From: an uncultured Gemmatimonadales bacterium
GTDB taxonomy: Bacteria; Gemmatimonadota; Gemmatimonadetes; Gemmatimonadales; Gemmatimonadaceae
Direction: 5' to 3'
NCBI GenBank assembly: GCA_963851265.1
Contig: CAWKNZ010000012.1
Location: 32,001-96,000 of the forward strand
Length of the DNA: 64,000 bases
A program made the position numbers and the translations under genes. The notes beneath the pieces were generated by a model. The model had not been told where the DNA came from, made no database searches, and saw only the letters and a list, made by a program, of their open reading frames with translations. Shown here piece after piece: positions 9,811 to 22,257 of this stretch; position 1 is the first letter of the stretch, and each line of letters opens with the position of its first letter.

Positions 9811-10856
9811 GGGCCGGCGGCCGGGGGCGCGGGCTCGAGCGTGACGATGAGCCGCCCGCTCGTCGCGTCGAGGCGCATCCCTGCGACGCGGGTGCCCGGG
9901 ATCGCCACCGACAACTCGGCCTGCGCGGGCAGCTCGATTCGCTGGCCGGCGTACTCGAGGAGCGTTCCCGCCGACGGACGCGCGACCGGCACGACCTGCG
10001 GCACTCCCGGGGGCGCCACGGACGGGGGAACCGGCGCCACCGGCGCATCTGCTGCTCCGGCACCCGGGACCGGCACGGCGACGGCGAGCGGCGTGAGCGA
10101 CGCGGCATCGCCGGCGAGCACCGCGGGTGCCGAAGTTGGTGCCACGCCGACGAGCACGGCGTCAGCGAGAAGCAGCTGCTTCGCGCGCCCGGCCTGTGCC
10201 TGCTCCACCACCAGCCCGCGCTGCACGAGCGTGCGCGCGCCGCGCCGCGCCTGATCCTCGCTCAGGCCGAGTTGCTCCTGCACCACCGAGGCCGGGAGCG
10301 TGACCGGCGCACGCGGGTGCGCGAGGCGGTCGAGCAGCAGCCGAAAGAGCCCGATCGCGGCGAGCGCGCCCTCGCCGCGTCGGTCGAGCAGCTGGTCGGC
10401 CACCGTCCCCCACCGCACGGCGTACGCGAGCGGCGTGGGCGCGAGCAGCTCGTCCGAGAAGCGCGTGGTGCCCGCGTCGCTCCCGGCGCGCAGCACGTCG
10501 GCCACCCAGAGCGCACGCAGCGCTTCCTCGATCGCCGCCGCCGGCAGCGCGATCCGCGTGGTGAGGGCATCGACGTCCAGCGGAAGGTCGACGGCGGCCA
10601 GCGATCCGCCCCCTGCGTCGGGCAGCGCGAGCAGGTTGAGCGCGAACGCGACGACGCGCGCATTCCGCCGCAGGGTCGCGTCGCGCACCGGCAGCACCGG
10701 ATGGCCGGCGAGCCGCGACGCCACGAGCGCGTCCGACACGAGCCACGGCCGCTCGCGAACCACCTGCGGCGTCGCTGCGCCGGCCGCGGAGGACGATCCG
10801 GCGACCGGCGGCAACGCCCCGCCGACGACCCGGAGTGACGCGCGTCGCGCCGTCAT
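9807..10856 (-). CDS. Hypothetical protein with two predicted winged-helix HTH segments, Pro/Ala linker and small C-terminal beta domain
   Basis: LDVDALTTRIALPAAAIEEALRALWVADVL and VTLPASVVQEQLGLSEDQARRGARTLVQRGLV resemble wHTH motifs; divergent from the rep-like gene. Confidence 0.6.
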   Translation of the reverse strand: MTARRASLRVVGGALPPVAGSSSAAGAATPQVVRERPWLVSDALVASRLAGHPVLPVRDATLRRNARVVAFALNLLALPDAGGGSLAAVDLPLDVDALTTRIALPAAAIEEALRALWVADVLRAGSDAGTTRFSDELLAPTPLAYAVRWGTVADQLLDRRGEGALAAIGLFRLLLDRLAHPRAPVTLPASVVQEQLGLSEDQARRGARTLVQRGLVVEQAQAGRAKQLLLADAVLVGVAPTSAPAVLAGDAASLTPLAVAVPVPGAGAADAPVAPVPPSVAPPGVPQVVPVARPSAGTLLEYAGQRIELPAQAELSVAIPGTRVAGMRLDATSGRLIVTLEPAPPAAGP

Positions 10857-11607
10857 ACGGACTCGGCGCCCCCTGGGCACAGCCACGACGGTACGCGGAT
10901 CGGCACGGGAGCCAAGTTCGGGGGCGAGCACGCCAGATGTCAACACCTCGCGCTACCCCCCGCGCCCCCTCTCGCGCCTGCCTCGCCCCTCCCTGCCGCC
11001 ACTCGGCGTTCGAGAGGTGTGCAGGCACTGCGCGACGCCGCGGCCCGGACGGTATCCACGACCCGACGGACCCGCCGCGCCACCCCCAGCGTCAGGGCCG
11101 GGACGGTACGCAGTGCCGCCCGTTCCGCACCGCCTCCCTGCCGACGCGTCACGCGCAACCGCCTGTCGTACCGCGAGTTACACGACTCGCTGCCCGGCGA
11201 CGGTCCGAGCGGTAGCCGACCGGTGCGTACCGTCCCGGCCGGCGTCCCTCCGTGCCCGATCCGCGTACCGTCCGGGCCCAGGATGCGGACTGTCCACCCC
11301 CGCGTCGCGATGCGTCGCGTACCGCCCCCGCCCCGTCGCAACGTGCGAACCTGCGGCATCTCAACCACTTGCCTGCTTTCTCCACATCCGGTTCGCTGCC
11401 GAACCCCTGCGTTGTGGTGGTGGATTTGTGTTTGAAGAGCGAAGCGAAAGAACCCCCCCGATCCGGTGCGCGGCTCGCGATCAGGACCAGCCGACCTGCA
11501 GTGCGGCCGGAGCGGTGGCGAGCCGAACCTTGAACCGCGTGGCCCCTTGCCTGCATTCACGAGGTCCTTGCCCGCCCGACGCCCCACGACGAGATTGGTC
11601 GCGATCC
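10857..11607. promoter_or_regulatory. Putative replication origin / iteron region
   Basis: Core GCGTACCGTC or near-matches: reverse copies at 10887-10896, 11048-11057, 11102-11111; forward copies at 11166-11174, 11225-11234, 11263-11272, 11317-11326. TTCTCCACA at 11378-11386; AT-richer stretch ~11360-11452; lies directly upstream of the rep-like gene. Confidence 0.6.
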
Positions 11608-13407
11608 ATGACCCGCCCTGCTGCATCCTCCCCGTCCACCGCCGACGCGGTCCTCTGGACCGCGCTCGACCAGGGAGTTCGGGCGCTACCGCTCCCCGCG
11701 CCCGCGGGCCTCTGCGAACTGCCGCTCGCCCGGCTTTCGCGCTACGAGCCCAAGCCCGACCCCGCGACCGGCCGGCTGGCGGAAGAAGAGTGGCTGCATG
11801 TCCACCGCGTGCGCGCGCTCAGCGGCCAGTGGTTCGCCGTCCGTATCGCCGGTGATGCGGCGCTCGGCCTTCCCCGCGCCGGCGACTGGCCGGTCCTGAT
11901 GGCCGTCGTGCGCCTGTTCGACGAGGCCGGATGGGCGAGCAACACCCTCTCCGACGTCAGCATCCGCCGCCTCAACGCGACGATGGGCGTCACCGGCGGC
12001 GGGAAGATGATCCGCCGCGTCCGCGACGCCCTCCTCCGCTTCGCCCAGGTCCGCGTGCTGCTCGCGCCGATGGCGGCGACCGCCGACCCGGCCACCGCCC
12101 TCTCCGAACTGCTCGCGTCCGACGAGGCGAACGCGGCGTCCGCCGACGCCCCCGCCCCGGCCCTCTGGGCCCCCGCCGCGCTCGACCGCACGGCGGCCCG
12201 CGGAGCCCGCGCCCGCCGTGCCGGCGCCGACCCCGCGTCGGGCCCGGCGATGGGGCGTGGCACCGCGACCGGCGTGCTCGACGTGGCGTGGCGCGACGAC
12301 ACGCTCGACCGCATCACGCTCGCCGACGTCTGGCGTCCGCGGGCCGGCACCACGGCGACCACGTGGATGGACTACGAGCGCTACTTCGCGCTGGTCGATC
12401 CGGTCGCGCAGCGTCTCTACCAGCTCTACGCCGGCGCCGCCGCGCGCGGCGAGCCGCTCCCGTTCGAGCACGACCTCGAATGGCTCCGCTCCGCGCTCGG
12501 CCTCTCCCCGCGCTTCAAGCGCAGTCGGGTGCTCGAGTACCTCGCCGGAGCGACCGCCGAGCTGCGTGAGGCGGGCATCCTCGGCGACGTGCTCATCGAG
12601 CCGCCTGGGCGCGCCGCCGACCGCCTCGTCGCGATGCCGGGGCCGGTGCTCGAGGCCGCCCGCCTCTTCGCCGGGCTCTCGCTCGAAGTGCCGCGCGACG
12701 CGCGCGTGCAGCTCGCCGCGCTGCAGGCGTTAGGCGTCCACCGCGCCGAGGCCGAGCGGCTGCTGCGCGCCGACCCGGCGCAGGTGTACGAGGTGCTGTG
12801 CTACGTGCTCTACGCGCGCCGGCACGAGCCCGACGCCATCCGCGACCCGGGCGCGTACGTCCGCCGCGCGGTGACCGAGGGCTACCGCTTCGCGAAGCCC
12901 GGCTACCAGACGTGGCGCGCCGGCGTCCAGCGCCGCTCGCTCGACCTCGTGCGCGCCCGTGCCGACCGCCCCGGCGCTGACCGCCCCGGCGCCGACCGCC
13001 CGGTGCCGGCCGGAGCGTCCGCCGCCCCCGACGTGCCATCCCCGAGCGCGCCCGCATCCGTTCCAGCGCCCGAGCCCGCGGTTCCCGTCGCGCCGTCGCC
13101 GGCGGGCGCGGAGGCCGACGCGGCCGCCCTGTGGCGTGGCGTGGCCGACGAGGTGCGCCGGCGTGTGGGCCCGCGCGAGTTGCGGCTGCTCTGGGTCACG
13201 ACCCAGCTGCACCGCGTGGCCGGCGTCCGGCTCGAGGGGGCGGCGCTCGTCTGCGCCGTGCCCGACCTGGAGCTACGCGCCTGGGCCGCGAACGATGCGG
13301 GCCGCGCCCTGCTCGGCGACGCGGTCGCCGCGCTCACGGGCGGCAGCGTGACGCGCGTGATCGCCCGGGTGCCGGGCGACGTGGATCGGAGCGTCGACGA
13401 CGGCTGA
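11608..13407 (+). CDS. Plasmid/chromid-type replication initiator protein (RepA/RPA-like) with C-terminal DnaA N-terminal-like domain
   Basis: GLCELPLARLS (cf. NLxEFP), GLPRAGDWPVLMAV, IRRLNATMGVTGGGKMIRRVRDALLRF, MDYERYFALVDPVAQRLYQLY, DLEWLRSALGLS, IRDPGAYVRRAVTEGY; C-terminal LWRGVADEVRRRV..RLEGAALVCAVPD..RAWA. Confidence 0.72.
   Translation: MTRPAASSPSTADAVLWTALDQGVRALPLPAPAGLCELPLARLSRYEPKPDPATGRLAEEEWLHVHRVRALSGQWFAVRIAGDAALGLPRAGDWPVLMAVVRLFDEAGWASNTLSDVSIRRLNATMGVTGGGKMIRRVRDALLRFAQVRVLLAPMAATADPATALSELLASDEANAASADAPAPALWAPAALDRTAARGARARRAGADPASGPAMGRGTATGVLDVAWRDDTLDRITLADVWRPRAGTTATTWMDYERYFALVDPVAQRLYQLYAGAAARGEPLPFEHDLEWLRSALGLSPRFKRSRVLEYLAGATAELREAGILGDVLIEPPGRAADRLVAMPGPVLEAARLFAGLSLEVPRDARVQLAALQALGVHRAEAERLLRADPAQVYEVLCYVLYARRHEPDAIRDPGAYVRRAVTEGYRFAKPGYQTWRAGVQRRSLDLVRARADRPGADRPGADRPVPAGASAAPDVPSPSAPASVPAPEPAVPVAPSPAGAEADAAALWRGVADEVRRRVGPRELRLLWVTTQLHRVAGVRLEGAALVCAVPDLELRAWAANDAGRALLGDAVAALTGGSVTRVIARVPGDVDRSVDDG
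12961..13002 (+). repeat. In-frame 15-bp tandem repeat (ADRPG x~3) in the Rep linker
   Basis: gccgaccgccccggc gctgaccgccccggc gccgaccgcccg. Confidence 0.8.
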
Positions 13408-13471
13408 CGCCGCCGTGTCGGCGCGCCGAGCGCGTGCGGCGGCAACTCCGCCGGGGACGTAGCTTTGCGCG

Positions 13472-14965
<1,494 letters not shown>

Positions 14966-14973
14966 CGTCACGC

Positions 14974-16044
14974 ATGCCCGCAACCGTCACCACCACCGCG
15001 TTCGGCGCCGCGCCCGACGGGCGCGCCGTCGCCCTCCACACGCTCGACGCCGGCCCCGTCCGGGTCGGCGTGACGCCGTACGGCGCCCACCTCACCTCCA
15101 TCGCGGTCCCCGACCGCGACGGCCGCCCCGCCGACGTCGCGCTCGGCTACGACGACCTCGCCGGCTACGTCGCCGACACCGCCTACTTCGGCGCGCTCGT
15201 CGGGCGGTACGCCAACCGCATCGCGCGCGGCCGCTTCACGCTCGACGGCGCCGCGTACACGCTCGCGATCAACAACCCGCCTAACGCGCTGCACGGCGGC
15301 GTGGTCGGCTTCAACCGCGTGCTGTGGGACGCCGAGCCCTTCACGGCGGGCGGCGCGGCGGGCGTGGTACTCCGGCACACGAGCCCGGCGGGCGACCAGG
15401 GGTACCCGGGCGCGCTCGACGTGCGCGTGACGTACACGGTCACCGCCGACGCGCTCGCGATCGACTACCACGCGGCGGCCGACGCGCCCACCCCGGTGAA
15501 CCTCACGCAGCACACGTACTGGAACCTCGCCGGCCACGCCGCGGGCTCGGTGCTGGAGCACGAGGTCACCCTCGGCGCGTCGCGCTTCACGCCGGTCGAC
15601 GACACGCTGATCCCGACCGGCGAGCTGCGGGGGGTGGCCGGCACCCCCTTCGACTTCCGGCGGCCGCACCCGATCGGCGCGCGCATCGACGCCGACGACG
15701 CGCAGCTCCGCGCCGGCGGGGGCTACGACCACAACTTCGTGGTCGACGCGCCGTCGCCCGGCGCGTTCGCCTTCGCGGCGCGCGTGTACGAGCCGCGCAG
15801 CGGGCGGGTCCTGGAAGTGCACACCACCGAGCCCGGCGTGCAGTTCTATTCGGGCAACATGATCCCCGACGGGCTCGCCGGAAAGGGCGGCGCGCGCTAC
15901 GCCCGGCGCGGCGGCTTCGCCCTCGAGACGCAGCACTACCCGGACTCGCCCAACGAGCCCGCGTTCCCGTCGACGATCGTCCGCCCGGGCGCGCCGTACG
16001 CCTCGCGGACCGTGTACCGCTTCTCGAGTCAGCCGGCGGGATGA
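14974..16044 (+). CDS. galM: Aldose 1-epimerase (galactose mutarotase)
   Basis: GRYANRI, NALHGG, NLTQHTYWNL, GYDHNF, PGVQFYSGN, FALETQHYPDSPN. Confidence 0.95.
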   Translation: MPATVTTTAFGAAPDGRAVALHTLDAGPVRVGVTPYGAHLTSIAVPDRDGRPADVALGYDDLAGYVADTAYFGALVGRYANRIARGRFTLDGAAYTLAINNPPNALHGGVVGFNRVLWDAEPFTAGGAAGVVLRHTSPAGDQGYPGALDVRVTYTVTADALAIDYHAAADAPTPVNLTQHTYWNLAGHAAGSVLEHEVTLGASRFTPVDDTLIPTGELRGVAGTPFDFRRPHPIGARIDADDAQLRAGGGYDHNFVVDAPSPGAFAFAARVYEPRSGRVLEVHTTEPGVQFYSGNMIPDGLAGKGGARYARRGGFALETQHYPDSPNEPAFPSTIVRPGAPYASRTVYRFSSQPAG

Positions 16045-17717
16045 CCGCCGCCCTCGACGCCGACGTGATCGTCGTCGGCGCCGGGCTGGCGGGCCTCGTC
16101 GCGGCCGCGGAACTCGCCGACGCCGGGCGCCGCGTGCTCGTCGTCGAGCAGGAGGGCGAGCAGAGCCTCGGCGGGCAGGCGTTCTGGTCGTTGGGCGGCC
16201 TCTTCCTCGTCGACACGCCCGAGCAGCGCCGCCTGGGCATCCGCGACTCGCGCGAGCTGGCCGCGCAGGACTGGATGGGCACGGCGGGCTTCGACCGCCC
16301 CGAGGACCACTGGCCGCGTCGGTGGGCCGAGGCGTACCTCGACTTCGCGGCCGGCGAAAAGCGCGCGTGGCTGCGCGCGCAGGGCCTCCGCCTCTTTCCC
16401 GTCGTCGGCTGGGCCGAGCGCGGCGGCTACGGCGCGGTCGGCCACGGCAACTCGGTGCCCCGCTTCCACGTCACCTGGGGCACGGGCCCCGGCGTCGTCG
16501 AGCCGTTCGCGCGCCGGGCGCGGGCCCACGCGGCGCGCGGTCGCGTCCGCTTCGCGTTCCGCCACCGCGTCGACGCGATGGTCACCACCAACGGCGCGGT
16601 CGACGGCGTGCGCGGCGCCGTGCTCGCCCCGAGCCGCGTGCCCCGCGGCGTGACCAGCTCGCGCGAGGTCGCGGGCGAGTTCGCCTTCCGCGCGCAGGCC
16701 GTCGTGGTCGCCTCGGGCGGGATCGGAGGCGACCACGCGCTCGTGCGCCGCAACTGGCCCGAGCGCCTGGGCCCTCCGCCCACGCGCATGGTCGCGGGCG
16801 TGCCCGCGCACGTCGACGGGCGGATGATCGGCATCGCCGAGGCCGCGGGCGTGCGCGTCGTGAACTCCGACCGGATGTGGCACTACGTGGAGGGGCTCGA
16901 GAACTGGGACCCGATCTGGCCCAACCACGGGATCCGCGTCCTCCCGGGCCCGTCGTCGCTCTGGCTCGACGCCGAGGGGCGCCGCCTGCCGGTCCCGCTC
17001 TTCCCCGGCTTCGACACGCTCGGCACGCTGGCCCACCTGCGGCGCACCGGGCACGACTACTCGTGGTTCGTGCTCACGCAGTCCATCATCCGCAAGGAGT
17101 TCGCGCTCTCGGGCTCCGAGCAGAATCCCGACCTCACCGGGCGCTCGTGGCGGCAGGTCGCGCGCCGCGCCTACGGCGACGAGGCCCCGGGGCCGGTGGA
17201 GGCGTTCAAGCGACACGGGGCCGATTTCGTCGTCCGCCGCACGCTCGCGGAGCTGGTCGAGGGGATGAACGCGCTCGCCGCCGCCACGCCGGGCGCCCCG
17301 CGCATCGACCCCGCCGCAGTCGAGCGCGAGATCGTCGCCCGCGACCGCGAGCTGGCCAACCCGTTCGCCAAGGACCTGCAGATCACCGCGCTCCGCGGTG
17401 CGCGCGCCTACCTCGGCGACCGGCTCATTCGCACGGCGAGGCCACACCGACTGCTCGACCCGGCGCACGGGCCACTCATCGCGGTGCGCCTGCACGTGCT
17501 CACCCGCAAGACGCTCGGCGGTCTCGAAACCGACCTGCGCGGCCAGGCGCTCGCGCCCGACGGCTCGGCAATCCCCGGGCTCTTCGCCGCGGGCGAAGCG
17601 GCCGGATTCGGCGGCGGCGGGATGCACGGCTACCGGTCGCTCGAGGGGACCTTCCTCGGCGGGTGTCTCTTTTCGGGGCGCGTGGTCGGGCGCGAGCTCG
17701 CGCGCGCCGTCGCGTGA
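16041..17717 (+). CDS. FAD-binding dehydrogenase (KsdD-like, COG3573-type)
   Basis: DVIVVGAGLAGLVAA, GGQAFWSLGGLF, RFHVTWGTGPG, RKTLGGLETD, GYRSLEGTFLGGC; ATGA overlap with galM. Confidence 0.9.
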   Translation: MTAALDADVIVVGAGLAGLVAAAELADAGRRVLVVEQEGEQSLGGQAFWSLGGLFLVDTPEQRRLGIRDSRELAAQDWMGTAGFDRPEDHWPRRWAEAYLDFAAGEKRAWLRAQGLRLFPVVGWAERGGYGAVGHGNSVPRFHVTWGTGPGVVEPFARRARAHAARGRVRFAFRHRVDAMVTTNGAVDGVRGAVLAPSRVPRGVTSSREVAGEFAFRAQAVVVASGGIGGDHALVRRNWPERLGPPPTRMVAGVPAHVDGRMIGIAEAAGVRVVNSDRMWHYVEGLENWDPIWPNHGIRVLPGPSSLWLDAEGRRLPVPLFPGFDTLGTLAHLRRTGHDYSWFVLTQSIIRKEFALSGSEQNPDLTGRSWRQVARRAYGDEAPGPVEAFKRHGADFVVRRTLAELVEGMNALAAATPGAPRIDPAAVEREIVARDRELANPFAKDLQITALRGARAYLGDRLIRTARPHRLLDPAHGPLIAVRLHVLTRKTLGGLETDLRGQALAPDGSAIPGLFAAGEAAGFGGGGMHGYRSLEGTFLGGCLFSGRVVGRELARAVA

Positions 17718-17981
17718 GTCCGGGACGGCCGCTCACGGCCGACCACGCCTTCCCTCGCGACGGTGCAGACTGCTACGCTCCGAATGCCGGAGCGCACGCG
17801 CGTTGTGCTGCCCCGGCCCACCATTCCGCACGTAGCAGGCTGCATCTGCGTCACATACTGTCATACAGTGGTTCCCGGTCGAATCGCGGCCGCGGCGCGC
17901 TCGCCGTCGTTCCGAGGCGAGTTGAGGGGCCCGACGCGGCCGGCGGCGTGCCCGCGCACGTGACGTGCACGTGACGCCGGC

Positions 17982-20108
<2,127 letters not shown>

Positions 20109-20163
20109 GCCGGCGGACGCTCCGTCGCGCGCGCTGCCTGCCCCGCCCTACGCGCACGTCGCG

Positions 20164-20832
20164 TCACGTCCCCTTCAGCGCGCGCAGCCGTGCGTCCAGG
20201 TGGGCGCGGTCGGCCACCGCGTCGGCCATCGGTCCGTGCCGCCCGAACTCGATCACGCTCACCGACGCCGTCGGGCACGCGAACCGAAAGCGGAACCGGC
20301 CCACGTCCACGCCCAACAGCCCGCAGAGCGCGACGCGGATGGCCGCCTTGTGCGACACGACGAGCACGTCGCCTTCGGCGTCGTGACTGCCGTCCTCGCT
20401 GCCGCCCTGTTCCGCGACGATCGTCTCGACGGCGCCGAGCACGCGGCGCGCGAGGGCGACCGCGGTCTCGCCGCCCGTCGGCGCGTTCCAGGCCGGGTCG
20501 GCCGTCCAGCGCACGTAGTCGTCGTGGAACGCGTGGTCGACGTCGTCGGCGGTGCGCCCGTCCCACTTGCCGTAATCGATCTCGGCCAGGCCGTCGAGCG
20601 GGCGGACGGTGAGCCCGGCCAGCTCGGCGGTGGGGCGCGCGGTGGCGAGCGCGCGGCGCAGCGGGCTCGCGTAGATGGCGCGCCAGCGCATGTCGCGGTA
20701 GAACTCGGCGAACGCCTGCGCCATCGCGAGGCCGTCGGGCGTGAGGTCGATGTCGAGGCCTCGGCCGCAGAACACGTTGTCCCGGCTGCCGGAGGTCTGG
20801 CCGTGGCGCAGAAAGTGGAGGCGTAAGGGCAT
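20164..20832 (-). CDS. Histidine phosphatase (phosphoglycerate mutase family)
   Basis: FLRHGQT, YASPLRRALATA, LAEIDYGKWDG, VLVVSHKA. Confidence 0.92.
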   Translation of the reverse strand: MPLRLHFLRHGQTSGSRDNVFCGRGLDIDLTPDGLAMAQAFAEFYRDMRWRAIYASPLRRALATARPTAELAGLTVRPLDGLAEIDYGKWDGRTADDVDHAFHDDYVRWTADPAWNAPTGGETAVALARRVLGAVETIVAEQGGSEDGSHDAEGDVLVVSHKAAIRVALCGLLGVDVGRFRFRFACPTASVSVIEFGRHGPMADAVADRAHLDARLRALKGT

Positions 20833-21580
20833 GCCGCAAAGAAGCGAGGTTCTCGTCGTCCAGCAGGTCGCAAACGAGCCGCCGGGCACCCTCCTCCGCG
20901 CCCTCGCGGCGTCGGGGCTGGCCGCGCGCGTGCTGCACCCGTACGCGGGCGAGCCCGTTCCGGCCGACGCGTCCGGGTTGGGCGGGCTGGTCCTGCTCGG
21001 CGGCCCGCAGGCGGTGTACGAGCAGGACGCGCACCCGTTCCTCGCCGACGAGCTGCGCCTCGTGGACCGCGCCCTCGCGCGCGGCACGCCCGTGCTCGGC
21101 ATCTGCCTCGGCGCGCAGCTGCTCGCGCACGCGTTAGGCGCCGCGGTGCGGCCGGGGGGCGCGGTCGAGATGGGGTGGCTGCCCGTGACGCTCACCGCGG
21201 CCGGACGCGCGGATCCGGTGTTGGGCCCGCTCGCGGCCGACGGCGGTCCGTCGGGCGGCGAGCCGTTCGTCCCCTTTCATCAGCACGGCGACGTGTTCGA
21301 CCTGCCCGCGGGCGCGACGCTGCTGGCGCACTCCGAGCGTACGGCGCACCAGGCGTTCCTCGCGCGCGGCGCGGGCGGGGCCGCGGCGTACGGCGTGCTG
21401 TTCCATCCGGAGGTGGACGGCCCGCTGGTCGAGACCATGCTGGCCGAGTTCGGCGCGGCGGCGGCGGCGGCGGGGTGGGACGTGGACGCGATGCGGCGTG
21501 ACGCGCCGGCCCGGCTGGCCGCGCTCGCGCCGCGCGCGGCCGGCCTGTTCGCGCGATGGGCCGCGCTCGGCACACGTTAG
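20831..21580 (+). CDS. Class I glutamine amidotransferase (GMP-synthase GAT-like)
   Basis: LVLLGGP, PVLGICLGAQLLA (nucleophile Cys), QHGDVF, FHPE. Confidence 0.9.
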   Translation: MPQRSEVLVVQQVANEPPGTLLRALAASGLAARVLHPYAGEPVPADASGLGGLVLLGGPQAVYEQDAHPFLADELRLVDRALARGTPVLGICLGAQLLAHALGAAVRPGGAVEMGWLPVTLTAAGRADPVLGPLAADGGPSGGEPFVPFHQHGDVFDLPAGATLLAHSERTAHQAFLARGAGGAAAYGVLFHPEVDGPLVETMLAEFGAAAAAAGWDVDAMRRDAPARLAALAPRAAGLFARWAALGTR

Positions 21581-21731
21581 GCGTCGGCCCATGTCGAGCC
21601 CGCCGCCGCGGGCGCGCGTCGCCCAACCGCCACGAAATCGTCGCGCCGCGCGGCCGGCCGAGGCACCGATTCTGCCGTCCCCGCCGGCGCGCGGGCGAGG
21701 GCGCCCGCATCACACCGGGAGGAACGGGACC

Positions 21732-22220
21732 ATGGCGATCAACGGACTTCAGGAACTCTTCGTGCAGGGCATGCAGGCGGTGTACGACGCGGAGCAGCAG
21801 GGCATCAACGCCGCGCCCGCCATCGCCGACCGGGCGACGCACCCCGAGCTCAAGCAGAAGCTGCAGGAGCGCACCGACAAGGGGCGCCAGCAGGTGCAGC
21901 GGCTGGAGCAGGCCATCCAGCAGGCCGGCGGCACGCCGCGGGGCGAGCCTAACGAGATCGCGAAGGGCATCCTCGCGGTCGGCAACAAGATCATGAACGA
22001 GACGCAGGACCCCGACGCGCGCGACGCGGGCATCATCGCCGCGGCGCAGATCGCCCTGCACTACCACATGGCGGCGTACGGCACGCTGCGGTCGTACGCG
22101 GACGCGCTCGGCAACCAGCAGGCCTCACAGCTCCTGCAGCAGACGCTCGACGAGCGGAAGCGGCAGGACCAGGACATGTCGCGCCTGGCCGAGCAGGTGA
22201 TCAACCCCAAGGCCGCGTAA
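21732..22220 (+). CDS. Ferritin-like YciE/YciF (DUF892) stress protein
   Basis: LQELFVQGMQAVYDAEQQ, RDAGIIAAAQIALHYHMAAYGTL..LLQQTLDE; GGAGG RBS. Confidence 0.88.
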   Translation: MAINGLQELFVQGMQAVYDAEQQGINAAPAIADRATHPELKQKLQERTDKGRQQVQRLEQAIQQAGGTPRGEPNEIAKGILAVGNKIMNETQDPDARDAGIIAAAQIALHYHMAAYGTLRSYADALGNQQASQLLQQTLDERKRQDQDMSRLAEQVINPKAA

Positions 22221-22257
22221 GGCGGGCCGCCCGGGGCCGTGCGGCGGCGCGGGGTCG

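Noticed and set aside
10887..11330. Repeats as a CRISPR array or IS terminal inverted repeats
   Set aside because: Units are short (10-22 bp), in both orientations and irregularly spaced; no cas or transposase gene is present.
10300..11607. 5' extension of ORF 10300..13407 giving a 1035-aa protein
   Set aside because: It overlaps the opposite-strand gene and the repeat region; Rep-like sequence only begins after ATG 11608.
17857..17869. LexA SOS box
   Set aside because: CTGT and ACAG are 3 nt apart rather than the 8 nt of the proteobacterial box.
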